Of a stretch of DNA of 64,000 bases, positions 39,142 through 51,037 are shown piece by piece. This DNA comes from Lama guanicoe. Lineage: Eukaryota. Within the stretch, counting starts at the first letter, position 1. Each line of letters starts with the position of its first letter. The stretch spans positions 16,260,941 through 16,324,940 of the forward strand of contig MU054187.1 of NCBI GenBank assembly GCA_013239625.1. Direction: 5' to 3'. Made by a program: the position numbers and the translations under genes. The notes under the pieces are model-generated. The model was not told where the DNA came from. It saw nothing but the letters and a program-made list of their open reading frames with translations, and did no database searches.

Positions 39142-39812
39142 TGTTCGTTGTTGCTCAGTCACCAATCCCGGCCCAAGGCAGCAAGTCTAAATCCTCCACA
39201 TCTGCCAACACCCTGCAGCCAGAGACTGCCACAAACCCAAACACAAACCTGCCAACAGGTCAAACAAGGCTCAATGTATTCCCTCATCTGAACAAGGGAA
39301 ACAACATACCATGGGGACTGCGGCTTGTCTCTGTAAGGGGCTGGAAGGGACTTGGAGAGTCTGAACTCACATGCGGTGATTTGAGCGGAGTATTCAGGGA
39401 AGCAGCAGTTTGCTCTTGATTGGGTGCTCTTAGAAAGGGGACAATACTGTGATTGGACATCTTAATAATTTTGATCAAGAGAGAGAGAGGAATAAAGCAG
39501 GGATGAAGCTATGATTAATAAAGGTAGCATCCTGTCCTGTTAGCTGGTAAAAGAGGATATTTGGTAATTTTTGAGGTTTGCACAGCAACCTGATGTTTGT
39601 TTGTACTGAAACAAATAGAAAAGTAGGCTTGTCTTTGTCTCAGTGCACCGTGTTCACAGAGCAACCTTGTCCCATGTTGGGGATCTTTAATAAGAGCGTT
39701 TATGTTCCACAGATAACCTCCATAGCCAACCTGTCAGTGCCAGGCCAGCTCCTAGCAACCTCAAGGCACCGATATTAGGCCTGGCTATTAAGGACTGCTT
39801 TTCTCCTTCTCA
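39142..39812 (-). mobile_element. Ancient solo LTR (LTR78-like) inserted in the provirus
   Basis: GATTGGACATCTTAATAATTTT, GGATATTTGGTAATTTTTG and TCACAGAGCAACCTTGTC; minus strand begins TGAGAAGGAGAAAAGCAG; family assignment from memory. Confidence 0.6.
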
Positions 39813-39828
39813 GAGCTCTGTCCTTCTA

Positions 39829-39904
39829 TTAGCTTGAAACATGGTGTAACCATTTATGTGCATCAAAAATGATCAATATTGACAATTTCATATAGTTCAA
39901 CCTA
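39829..39904. mobile_element. MADE2 mariner MITE
   Basis: TA then TTAGCTTGAAACAT...TCAAAAATGATCAATATTGACAATTTCATATAGTTCAACCTA; homologous to the 19750 copy. Confidence 0.8.
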
Positions 39905-40069
39905 CATTAACTTAGATCAAAAGGATGCTATACTTAGTCTACATTAGCTTAAAATACACCAAGTATGTCTTTGTTATATTACAAAACTTAAATTATGGAT
40001 GCCATTTTTAATAAAGAATCAATATACAGAAGGATCATATCAAGAACATGATCTATATTGTACCACCTA

Positions 40070-40210
40070 ATATAGTAGAGAGAGCATGTGAGAGCTTTGG
40101 AAGGCAGACCAAATTCAAGTTCTGACCACAGCATATTATTTATATTACTTTGGATAAATTATATAATCTCTCTAAATCTCTGTACGATCATTTATAAAAC
40201 ATGCTTAACA
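40070..40210 (+). mobile_element. MIR fragment
   Basis: GCTTTGGAAGGCAGACCAAATTCAAGTTCTGACC...TTTGGATAAATTATATAATCTCTCTAAATCTC...CATTTATAAAA. Confidence 0.55.
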
Positions 40211-40429
40211 AATACTAATCATTCAATAAAAATTAGTTCTATTATTTCCCGCCCCCCCAGATCTACAACTTAAGACAAACTCCATTATGTTTGTATAAAA
40301 GCTCACTGTACAATTATCAGAATGAACTCTTAAAGGATATGTTTAAGGAATACATTTTTAAATTTTCAAACAAATGCATGATTTCTGCTGTCACATAAAA
40401 TGTCCTCATCATTCAACATCCCTCTAGAG

Positions 40430-40850
40430 CCTAGTTGTCAGGCAGCAGTAAACTGTCGTTTCCACCAGGGCATGATACCTCTTTTACTTACCACCTCGGC
40501 TGGGAGGGTTAAGGAAGTTTCAGGGACTTTAATGTGGTCTTTCCTATCATAATAGCTCTTACTCTACTGCATAGTTCTTACTCCTAAGTCAAGGAATCAG
40601 TATAAGAACTTTGACAACTGCTAAGTATGTCTGTTTCACATTTGAGATATTGGAAATGGCCACCAAATTTCCCACTGTGAGCTGTACCTGAATGAAGTCC
40701 ATTAGGTACCTGATTCACATGTGATCCTACTCTACCAGGGTCTACACTGGCACTTTGGGTCCCCAGGTACCAGAGACAAATTGAACCTAGAATCTAACAA
40801 CCCTTGAAATACGTAAGCATTTCCCTTGCCCGAACATATGGTTACTCGAG
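40430..40850 (-). pseudogene. ERV-L protease and start of RT (dead)
   Basis: 40830-40741 translates GKGNAYVFQGLLDSRFNLSLVPGDPKCQCR (recalled ERV-L GKGNNQTFQGLLDTGSELTLIPGDPK; catalytic D-T/S-G is now DSR); 40562-40512 gives VRAIMIGKTTLKSLKLP (ERV-L VRAIMVGKAKWKPLELP). Confidence 0.9.
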
Positions 40851-40959
40851 CAAACAGCTGTAATCTCTGGGTCTGAGAATTGACTCAGGTTTGGAAACTA
40901 GACAAGGATTCATGAATATCCATTGGAGTAATTAATCTCAGCCTTCTGCTTATTCATTC

Positions 40960-41418
40960 CTTAACTCTTGATTATATCTAGTGAGCAATCACTTTCTTAG
41001 TTGCTCGTCTGTCATGTTGCGGAAACACCATGTTATAATAAGAGCCCTTTCCGTATCGATTACACCCCATGGCGGCTGTCCTTACTTTGCTACCCTTTAG
41101 AGTAATTTTGTTCACCCTATTTCTTATAATCACGTGCTGCCTTTGCTATTGTATTACCCTATCATCCCAGTTGCCCCTAGGATCCCAGAGTTGTAAAGGC
41201 ACCTCTTCTGCCAACCCACACCTATAAAGGAAAGCCACTGCTGAAGACTAGGGAATCTTTGTGCCCCTTAACCAGTGCATTTCTTATTACTTTATTAAAC
41301 AGAGTGTCCTCCATGCCATCCTGCAGAATAACCAGGGGGTTTTCTCATGAACTATATACATTCGAGTGTTCTTTAGGCATATAATGCCTCCTCCTCCTTA
41401 GAGCGTGTAGACTTCCAC
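40960..41418 (-). pseudogene. ERV-L gag C-terminal remnant
   Basis: 41311-41264 translates EDTLFNKVIRNALVKG (cf. EDTPFTKAIRNALVRG); further downstream LGATGMIG and HGVS motifs. Confidence 0.8.
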
Positions 41419-41436
41419 AGTATTTGCTTCTGGTAC

Positions 41437-43081
41437 AAAATAGAAAAAAAAATGCTAAAATTTGCATAAAAGCATAAAATACCCCCAATAGCCAAAGCAA
41501 TCTTGAGAAAAATAACAAAGCTGGAGATGTCATTCTTCCTGATTTCAGAATATATTAAAAACTATAGTAATCAAAACAGCATGCTACTGGAGTAAAAACA
41601 GACATATGAATCAGTGGACTAGAACAGAGAGCCCAGAAATGAACCCATTTATATGTGGTCAATTAATTTTCAACAAAGGAGCTGTAAATACACGATGAGA
41701 GGACAGTGTCTTCAATAAATGATGTTGGGTAAACTAGACAGCCACGTACAAAAGAATGAAACTGGGCCCCTTTCTTATACTACATACAAAAAGCAACTCA
41801 AAATGGATTAACTTGAATGTAAGGGCTGAAACCATCAAACTCCTAGAAGAAAGCACAGGGGGTAAGCACCTTGATGTTTTAATTGGCAGTTATTCTTCTG
41901 GATTTGGTCTTAAAAGGAAAGGCAACAAAAACAAAAATAAACAAGTGAGACTTTATCAAATGAAACAGCTTCTGCACAGCAAGGGAAACCATCAACAAAA
42001 TGAGAAGGCAACCTATGGAATGGGAGCAAATATTCACAAATCATATATCCAATAAAGGTTAATTTAAAAAGTAGAAAATGAACTCATACAACTCAATAGC
42101 AAAAAAAAAACAAACAAACAAAAGCAGACAAACAAAAAGCAATTTAAAATGGGCAAAAGATCTGAATAAACATTTTTCCAAAGAAGCCATACAGTTGGCT
42201 ACCCAGTACATGAGAAGGTGCTCAACGTCTCTGATCGTCAGAGGAATGCAAATAAAACCCACGATGAGATGTCAGCTCACACCTGTCAGAATGGTTACTA
42301 TTAGGAAAGCGAGAGATAACAAGTGCTAGTGAGGATGTGGAGGAGAGGGGACCTTTGTGCGTGGTTGGTGGGAGTATAACCTGGTACAGCCATTGGAAAA
42401 CAGTATGGAGGTTTTTCAAGAAATTAAAAGTAAAGCTGCCATCTGATCCCGCAAGCCCACTTCTGGGTATATATCCAAAGGAAATGAAATTATACTATCT
42501 TGATAAGATGTCTATACTTCCATGTTCACTGCATATACACATGATATATAATTGCATATATATGTAAAATGGAATATTATTAAATCTTAAAAAGGAAATC
42601 CTGCCACCTGTGACAACATGGATGAAACTAGAGAGCCTTAAATGAAGTGAAATAAGCCAGAGAAGGACGAACACTGCATGATATCACTTATATGTGGAAT
42701 TAAAAATAAATAAAAATAAAGAGTTGAACTCAGAAACAGAGACTAGAGTAGTGGTTGCCAGGGACCAGAGGGAGGTTGGTGAAAGGTTACAAACTTTCAG
42801 TTACAAGATGAATAAGGTCTGAGGAGCTAATGTATAGCATAGTGACTATAGTTGATAATATAGCAACGTATAGTTGAAATTTGCTGCAAAAGTAGAACTT
42901 AATTCTTCTCACCAAAATAAAAGGGGGGAGTTAAACATGATACAATGGATGCGTCAATTAGCTTAATGGTCAGAATCCTTTCACAATGTATATGTAGATC
43001 ACATCATTACATTGTACACTTTAAATGTCTCAAAATTGTATTTGTCAATTATACCTCAATAAAGAAAAAAGAAAAAAAAAA
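41437..43081 (+). mobile_element. LINE-1 (L1MA9/10-like), 5'-truncated, with A-tail and 18-bp TSD
   Basis: ORF2 remnants (KWAKDLNKHFSKE, WKTVWRFFKKLK...LLGIYPKE); 3' end TTTGTCAATTATACCTCAATAAAG plus poly-A; TSD 41419-41436 / 43082-43099. Confidence 0.95.
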
Positions 43082-43103
43082 AGAATTTGCTTCTAGTACC
43101 AAC

Positions 43104-43290
43104 CATCTTGGGTTAGGTGCCGCAGAAGCAGGGAGCCTGAGACAGGGATTCAAGTGCATATGATGTATTATGGGCACACTCTCAGGAGAAATGGAGTGAA
43201 GGGAACAGGGTACTACATCAGAAGGCGCTAAGCACAAATGTGGCCAGATTCTAGCTTTAGTCTAATCCCATAGAAAGCTCTGGAACGTGA
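43104..43290 (-). mobile_element. Partial 5' LTR (LTR33/LTR16-type) of the provirus
   Basis: TCTTGGGTTAGG..CC.CAGAAGCAG..AGCCTGAGACAGGGATTCAAGTGCATATGAT.TATT is the reverse complement of an LTR33-like U5 end. Confidence 0.75.
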
Positions 43291-43304
43291 ATGCTTCAGG
43301 ATCT

Positions 43305-43415
43305 TAGTGACTACCTCATAGAGTTGTTCTGAGGATTAGATGAGTAAAAACATATAAAGCAAGTATTGAGTAAATACATTTAAAGCATTTAGTAAGGTAT
43401 TATTATCATTCTGCC
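43305..43415 (+). mobile_element. MIR 3' fragment
   Basis: CTACCTCATAGAGTTGTTCTGAGGATTAGATGAG...CATATAAAGC. Confidence 0.8.
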
Positions 43416-43929
43416 ATTATATTCTCAGAAAACTTAGTGTAAGAAGCAATTAAAGAAATATCTGTGCATATGCATATTTGCTGCAGTGAATGTATAAAAG
43501 AAATAATGATAATACACAAAAGGATTGGTTAAATAAATGATGATAATAAATGGACTAATCATATATGCTCCTAATAAACATGTTTATTTGTTCAAATAGT
43601 TCACAGTAGAAGTTATATAAAACAACAGTTACAAATTGCATATAAAATAAAAAATCATTTTGTAAATAAATAGTATATTTATATAGATTCATGCTCCTGT
43701 ACTTAGCAAAATAATTGAAAGGATAGTGAGAAGACAGATTTCTAATTAGTCACATTTCATTTACTTTTTTTTCTTATCTGTACTTTTAAAATTCTCTCCC
43801 ATGAATCTGCATTACTATATCTAATTTCAAAATGATAATTCAAATAAGTACCTTTTACAAGTTACTCTGTATGTGACAAGAAATATCTCTGACTCAACAT
43901 GGCAGGAAAATGAAGACTTGAAGAATCTT

Positions 43930-44065
43930 TCATAGATCTTAGCAGGACACAAAAGCGACTGTACTCTAGGCATTCTTACCACACCGCACATCCCCATGTC
44001 CCCACAGTGCCTGAGACAGTCCAAGTACCTAATTAGTGTTTGTTGCGGGATGAAAGGAAAGAAAT
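43930..44065 (+). mobile_element. LINE-2 3' end
   Basis: ATCCCCATGTCCCACAGTGCCTGAGACAG...TGTTTGTTG..GGATGAA. Confidence 0.55.
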
Positions 44066-44072
44066 ATTTCAA

Positions 44073-44333
44073 ACCCTCTACCTGTAAAATGACTATGATT
44101 CACTAATGTCTCAGATGATGGTTAGTCTTTTTAGCAATGAAGTGTTTTTTTCTTTAATTAAGGTATGTAACTTAATTGTTTTTCTAGACATAATGCTATT
44201 GCAGACTTAATAGACTGCAGTAGAGTGTAACTATAACTTACATGCACTGGGAAACCAAAAAAAAAATTGAGTGACTCACTTTGCTGCAATGGTCTGGAGC
44301 CAGACCATCCGCAATATCACTGAGGTATGCCTG
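44073..44333 (+). mobile_element. Tigger1 right end with terminal inverted repeat
   Basis: CTCAGATGATGGTTAG, TAATTAAGGTATGTA, TAGACATAATGCTATTGCA.ACTTAATAGACT, TGCACTGGGAAACCAAAA; ends GAGGTATGCCTG. Confidence 0.92.
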
Positions 44334-44391
44334 TGCTTACGTACAAAACAATGACATCGATTTAAAAAGACTGGTAGGTATAGACACACTT

Positions 44392-44494
44392 TTTTTTTTG
44401 TTTTTTGTTTTTTTAAATGGAGGTCCTGCAGATTGAATCCAGGACTTTGTGCATGTTAAGCACGTGCTCTACCGCTGAGTTCTACCCTCCCCAC
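44392..44494 (-). mobile_element. tRNA-Ala-derived SINE (camelid Vic-1-like)
   Basis: Minus strand GGGGAGGGTAGAACTCAGCGGTAGAGCACGTGCTTAACATGCACAAAGTCCTGGATTCAATC...ACCTCCATTT plus A-rich tail; degenerate A and B boxes; ACACACTT at 44384-44391 and 44500-44507. Confidence 0.85.
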
Positions 44495-45139
44495 CGCTAA
44501 CACACTTGTTTTAACACCTGTGTGATACAAACTTCTATACAGTCAAATATGGTTCAATATTAACCTATATGTTTTGCTCATAAACACCTAGGGTCTTCTT
44601 TTATGACACTGTGAAGAATGATGATGTAAGAGGAATTAATATGAACACATCAAATTCTAACAGCACTCAATTGCTGTCTTGCTAATGCAAACTTTACTTC
44701 ATCACTAGAACTACTATTAATTTCTGTTGATCTTTGAAATGATTATCTGGTTTTATTTTAAAAGATTCTTGCTAAATGCTTTGCTACTCATATTTGTCAA
44801 GGGGTAACTAACATTTTTAGTGTTAGAGAAGTTGTTAAAAAATGACAAATGTAAACATGGGATATGAAGAAATCATTGAGAAAATATGACCTTTTAAAAA
44901 AATGTATGATACCGTGGGAAAACACAAGGAAGTAAAAGGATTTCATAGGTGAAATGTGTGTCTAGTTATTTATCAGGACAGAAGGAGTCATGACGCCTTT
45001 CCTCGCAACTTTTTAATGTATTTTATATTTTATATATCTTTGTGTGTATGGGGTTGAAAATAGCTCAGTGAAAGAAAGGTGGGGCACAGATGAATTAATT
45101 CATAGGCTTCAAAGAGGAATTTATCCTTCATTTTTTTTT

Positions 45140-45560
45140 TAATTTACCAAATATTCATTGATCCTGACTGTGTACCAAGCCAGGTGTGCTGAATGGATAC
45201 ACAAGATGAACGAGACTGAGGCTGTTCCTGACTCAGCAGGAATTATAGCTCAGAGGAGCACTGAGGCAGTAAACAAGTAGGCAAATAAACAACACTGTCA
45301 CAGATTGGGTGAGTCCGGTGAGGTGCACGCACAACGTGCTCTCAGAGATAACAGCAGGGGCTCAGGGCGAACTGTGAGCTATGGAGAGAATAGTCTGGAA
45401 GCCCTTTCTGGAGTCAACATTTAAACTGAAGCCTGAAAAGTGAGGAGTCACTCATACACATTGCCAGGGGCACAAGTTCAAGGCAGAGAAACAGGAAGCA
45501 CAAAGAAGAAAGTTGTGAAAATCCTGGCTTGTTCTTGGAACCAGCAGAAAGCCGGTGTAT
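45140..45560 (-). mobile_element. LINE-2 (L2a-like) 3' region
   Basis: CAAATATTCATTGA.CCTGACTGTGTACCAAGC...ACATTTAAACTGAAGCCTGAA...GGAACCAGCAGAAAGCCGGTGT. Confidence 0.7.
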
Positions 45561-45699
45561 CAAGAACTCGGACCCCAAAATGGGGTGACAGCTACAGTGG
45601 AAAGACAAGTCTCAGGGCTGTTTGAAGAAGATGTGGTATATTTTGAAAACTGTCTATTGAACTTAAGAAGGATTTTGTTACACAAAGTAAGCCCCGCCA

Positions 45700-46041
45700 G
45701 AAACTCACCTACAAAACAGAAACAGACTCGCAGACATGGTAAACAATCTTACGGTTACCAGGGGAAAGGGAGTGGGAAGGGATACATTTGGGAGTTTGAG
45801 ATTTGCAAATGTTAGCCAATATATATAAAAATAAATTTAAAAAACAAATTTCTTCTGTATAGCACACGGAACTATATTCACTATTTTGTAATTACCTTTA
45901 AAGAAATAGAATATAAAAACAAATGTATGTATGTATACGCATGACTGGGACATTATGCTGTACACCAGAAATTAACACATTGTAACTGACTCTACTTCAA
46001 TTTAAGAAAATAATTAAATAATTTTTAAAATAAATAAATAA
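45700..46041 (+). mobile_element. LINE-1 3' UTR with A-rich tail
   Basis: ACAAAACAGAAACAGACTCGCAGACAT...TTGGGAGTTTGAGAT...CTGTACACCAGAAATTAACACATTGTAACTGACT. Confidence 0.92.
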
Positions 46042-46619
46042 AGCCTGTATTTCCACATTTTTACCTCTTCTTATTTAAAATATGCCTTCTCAGATCTGCA
46101 AAAAAATGAAGTGAAAAAAAAGCAAGATGCAAAACCGCATGCCATCATTCATCTTTATGTGTATAGAATATTCTGGAATGGTATATAAGAGACTGATAAC
46201 ATTGGTTCCCTCAAGAAAGGAAACTGGTGGCTGCGGAAGGAAGTGTTCATGCTATCATTTTGTACCTTATCAATTTTGTTCATGTACTTGTATGACATTT
46301 TGAAAAAATGAGTAGTTTTTTAAAATACTCAAAATATTAATTATCTTCAAAATTTCATTATGGAGATTCAGTCCAAATTTGCTTAATTTTGTTCTGATTC
46401 CCCATTGGTCTCTTTGAAGATGAAGGAGAATATTACAGAAAGGCTTTCAATGCAAACAACAAAGAGATAATCTCCCTTTTAAGAAGTGCACTCTTCTATT
46501 ACAGATCCTTTGGAATTGTTGGGGTAATTTTACTGCTTTAAAAAGATTTTTTGCTCATAAGCTTCTGAACATACCAACTATTGTAGTATTTTGTGAGTTT
46601 GTAGTATTTTGAGTGGACA

Positions 46620-46983
46620 AAATTGGCAGTCAATCTAAGTTTCCGTCCTCCAGCCCCCAAACCCATGTTATTGGAAGAGATGTAGACAGTCAAATTCTGG
46701 ATCTTGCACCTCCTCTTCCCCTTTCCCCTCTTCTCTCTCAGTCTGAAATGTAGATGCAATGACAGAAGCAAGATCAACGGTCTTAGACGACAGGATAGAA
46801 GTGATATTTAGAGGCCAGAAGAGGTAAATAAAGCATGTGTCCCAACATTGTGGAGTTGCCGTGTCAATTGCCATCTTATGATCAGATGGGTGAGAGAAAA
46901 CCTGTCTTGATTGAGCCACTTTAATTTTGCTCTTGTTGTTGTTGTTGTTGTTATAGCAACTTAGCTGTATCCTAAGTAATGCA
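46620..46983 (+). mobile_element. Old MaLR LTR (MLT1J/K-like) with internal (GTT)n
   Basis: 3' end GTGAGAGAAAA...GAGCCACT...TGTTATAGCAACTTAGC...CCTAAGTAATGCA. Confidence 0.55.
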
Positions 46984-47049
46984 GGGTTCCTTTACCAAAG
47001 GAAATCACAACAAAAGACAAAGGAGCATGTTAACAAGTGATCGTAACAT

Positions 47050-47520
47050 TAATTGGCAAGTGCTTCAATGATGCTATAAATTGAGTATTCCAGAAAAAAG
47101 GGTCAACTCACCCTGATTAAGGAAATCAAGAAAATGTTCACACACACAAAAAAATGACCTTTAGCTGAGTCTTAAAGGATAAGTAGTATTTTTCCATATA
47201 TAAAAGAAGATAAGGATATTCCCAGAAAAGACAAGCAAATGGAAAAAATTCCCAGGTCGTGACAAGACATGCCTTGCATTGAGAATATTGCAGAGCTCAT
47301 TGTGACTGACATTTGAGGTATACAAGGGGAGAATGGCAACAGATGTTCAGCTGGGTGAAAGTCTGATGGCAGATAAGTTTGGCCTTTCTCCTTTAGGTAA
47401 TGGGGGACCAGCAAGAGTCACGCAGGAGAGTGACACCTTTAGATTTGTTTCTTAGGAAGTTAACTCTGATGGCAATTCAGACGATAGATGGATTGGAGGA
47501 AGAAGAGATGCGTGGGAGCT
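47050..47520 (-). mobile_element. LINE-2 fragment
   Basis: TTTAGCTGAGTCTTAAAGGATAAGTAG, GGAGAGTGACAC...AGATTTGTTTCTTAGGAAGTTAACTCTG. Confidence 0.6.
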
Positions 47521-48469
47521 AGGCTAATTTTAACTTCATGGATAGTGTGTAACTTGAACAAGAAGGCATACATTTTTCATGCTGGCTGATTAATTATTAA
47601 GTATATACAAGAAAACCAATCTTAACCCTCTTTCTTGCTTATTCTGTATTTACATATTAAAAATATTAGTAAAACTCTTATGAAATGTAGTAAAATAATT
47701 ATTAGCAGAAGTAATAAATATGAATGAGAACTGAATTTACATGTCAGTATGCACATACACATGCTCAGAGAGAGAGAAAAAGAGAGTAGTAAGTAGATGT
47801 AAGTTTTGCATGTGTGTTTATATAGGGATATCATTAATAAATGAATTCCTAAGAAAAATTTACATATGTTCTGATCTGTGTGTAGGTAGAAGGCAGAACC
47901 AACCTAATAATTGATCTGTCCTGTCAGATAAGCATTCCAAGAGAAGACCAATTACACTAAGACCAAATTATACTTTTCAATTACACAGGTGAATCAATCC
48001 AACTCAACATGTCAAAGCATAAAAAAATGTTTTAGGAAAGACAGGCAACATACTAAATTTCCCTACCCATTACCTCAAAGTAAGTACTACTCAGAAGAGT
48101 AAAATGTCATTCTGTCAATATCTGTGAGCTTATGAAGTTTTCCCAACCCCATCCATCAAGGTGCCTTCACTTCACTCTCAGATACTTCCCCCAAATATAT
48201 TACCTTGTGAATTATCTTTGAAATGCTTTTGAAGTCAAGAAAACAAGGCAATAATAAAATAACAACATGCAGAGACCCATCGATGTTCACAGTGTACATA
48301 ATCTCATCTTTCTCTTTCTGTTTCATTTTTAAATCTTTTCTTCCTGAATTAGGGTGTGTGATGCATACAATGTGGTTAATACATCTAATACCCAAGCAAG
48401 TAGGATGGAAAGAAAAAGAAAAAACTTGTCTACATAGTCCTATGGTTGTGACTCAAAAGTTGGAGGACT

Positions 48470-48860
48470 ATAGAGTGACATGAAGCAGGAGTAGTAATTG
48501 GGGGCAGATCGTGCAGAGTTTTTAGATCAACTTACGGTTTTGGTCTTCATCCTGATGATGATGGAATACCAGTGAAGGGCTTTAAGCAGAATAGTTTTAT
48601 AACCAGATTTGCATTTCTTGCAAGAGCTCTCTGGCTCCAGTTAGGAAAATGAATTGCATGACAAGGAGAAGGAGGGACAGATAAGAAGGTACAGGCATAA
48701 CCTGATAGGGAAAATAAAAGGTGGCTTCACTTAGATCGTGGTCAAAGCAGAGAAATGGACACATACTAAAATCGTCTAGGAAGCAAAACTGACAAGACTT
48801 TGTAAAAGATGAGATAAGAGGAATAGAAAAAAAGAGAAGTTGGGGATAATAAATCATCTT
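48470..48860 (-). mobile_element. LINE-2 fragment
   Basis: GGGGCAGATCGTGCAGAG, GAAGGGCTTTAAGCAG, CCAGATTTGCATTT. Confidence 0.65.
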
Positions 48861-51037
48861 GTACATCAGCTTGGCGATTTGCTGTTCACAAAACGTTGTC
48901 TAGTTCTTACACTCAGGCTTGACACTACAGAAGAAATGACCACTGTTATTGCTCTCAACTTAACAAAGGAATAAACAGACACTGAAAGAAGCTAAGTGAC
49001 CTCGGCAGAGTCTTCAGCAGCTTTTACTGTTTGCAGCTTGTACTTGAACTCAGGAATTCTCTCTTCAAGTTCAGGATGCTTCCTGTTGAAAACCCACCCA
49101 TCTGCCCCTTTATGAGAACTAGTCTCCGAAAAGGCCCTTGGATCACACTGGGTACTAATCTATCTACTCACCTCTCAATTCTAATCTCTCTGGGCAAAGA
49201 GCCTAGTCGATTTGGCAGGAACTTCAAGGCAAGGCCACAGCCACCCAGCGTTGGAAAACGATAGGAAAACAAAACAAAGAGAAAAAGCAAAACAGAGAAC
49301 TCTTCTGCCCCACAGTCACCTAGACAAGAAATCACGTTTGGACCTGGTTAAATTGTACCCAGGGGTTATGTCACGGAGGTTGTGGGATGATAACAATAGA
49401 CGTTAATCCCTAAGACAGCAAGTTCAGATTCCAGGTGCCCAGAGCCTTAGTCCCAGGCATATGTGCCAATGAGTTTCTTATACAGTAAGTATGTTAAACA
49501 AAATAAGCCTTTTGCTATTAGCATAATTATTCCTAAGTCTTTTTGAAACAGTGAATGATACGAAAGCAAATTGATACACCTGAAGTTAGCTTGTTGGAAT
49601 TTAGCTGGAAAGGTGTCCACCTTCACACTGATTACATTGTCATAATGCCTCTATATTGTCTTATATGGAGTGATTGGGATAAACGTTTCATTTTACAATC
49701 AGGCAGAGGAGGTAGCTGCTTGGAATAATTCCAGTAATTCTGGAAGTTTCCTCATCTAATAAACCTAGCATAAGAAACAGAGTATTTCCATACCAGTGAC
49801 GTTGAAGCTTCCAGTAAATCCCTCCCTAATTTGATCTACCTGTCATCAGAGATACCTCCATCTTGAATTTTGCATTAGTCATTCTCTCGCTTTTTAATAC
49901 TCATACCACATAGTATGTATGTATTCCTAAGCCATACATTATTTTATTGTTCTTTTTCTGAGTTTTGTTTCTAAAATTCAATCATAGTATACCTTGTTTT
50001 TTTATGATTTGCTTTCTGAATTCAAAATTCCAGTTCAAAAGTGTTTTACTTGTTTATTGTAAAGGGTAAATCATTGGCAAACTTCAGCATTGGCTGATTT
50101 TATTACTTGCAAAATACCTCAGAACAGACCTCAACAAGACTATGTCCTGTGACATTGGCCTTGAGAACCCATTAACCTAAAGGAATAAGACAACCGAAAG
50201 AATCATGGTAATCCTTAAGAAACAACTCTCATCCAGCCATAGAGAAACCTATTCGTCTTGTCCCCTACAGCCTGGCCATCCTAGCATCACTGAGGCCCCT
50301 GGGTGGATGAAGGACTCTACCTGGTCTTCATCAAGAAATGCTGGAAATTGTCTTAAGAGGAACTTGACCTTAGAAAGCAAGTGCAGAGACTGGGAGAAGA
50401 AACACAGAGGTCTGCCTGTTGGAAGGCTACTGGGAGCTATCCCTGGTGCTGCCCCGGAATCTACCCCTCTAGCACCGACTGTGGGTTGTTTGGCCCCAGT
50501 GAAAGTTTACTACTGAGCGGAGATAGAGTAAGCCTCAACTGATGCAGCTTTTGGACCTGACCAAACCCCTCGTTTCAGTTCTGCAAGCGGTCGTGCTCTG
50601 TTCTGAGCCCTGTATCTCTCCTGCCCTCTCCATCCTGCCTCTTATGCACTGTGTCCCTTCATGGGCACCGCCACTACCACCACCACTACAACCACCATAT
50701 CTCGAAGGGCTACTGTCTCCAGGCACTGGCTAGTTATTTATATTAATGTCTCTCTCTTAGGTAATTGGAAAAAAGCTCTGTATGATAGTATTCTTTTTAC
50801 AGATGAATAAACAGGCTTAAGAACAGATAGACTCCAAGTTTCACATCTCGTAAGAGGCAAGGCTTGACAGTGTTTGCCTGACTTTAAAGCTAAAACCATT
50901 TCCCTACTTCTCTCACTATATACTACCTAAACGGCTCTTTTCTTCCTAGAGTCCCTGGAACTCCTTCTCTTTCAAGGGACAAGACTACCTTAGGATGAAT
51001 GGTAATAACACCATTTAAATACATCTTTCTTGAGAAA

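Larger units (their letters stand above)
36500..43290 (-). mobile_element. Decayed class III (ERV-L-related, LTR33/LTR16-type) provirus with nested insertions
   Basis: Colinear minus-strand remnants: LTR 43104-43290, internal start TTGGTACTAGAAG, gag, protease, RT start, integrase, pol C-terminus and possible env; the left boundary is uncertain. Confidence 0.75.

Noticed and set aside
44415..44494. tRNA-Ala gene
   Set aside because: Stems are disrupted and it has an A-rich tail and flanking repeat, so it is a SINE
45050..45075. GGGG...ATAGCTCAGTG resembling a SINE/tRNA head
   Set aside because: Only an A-box-like word; no B box or tail
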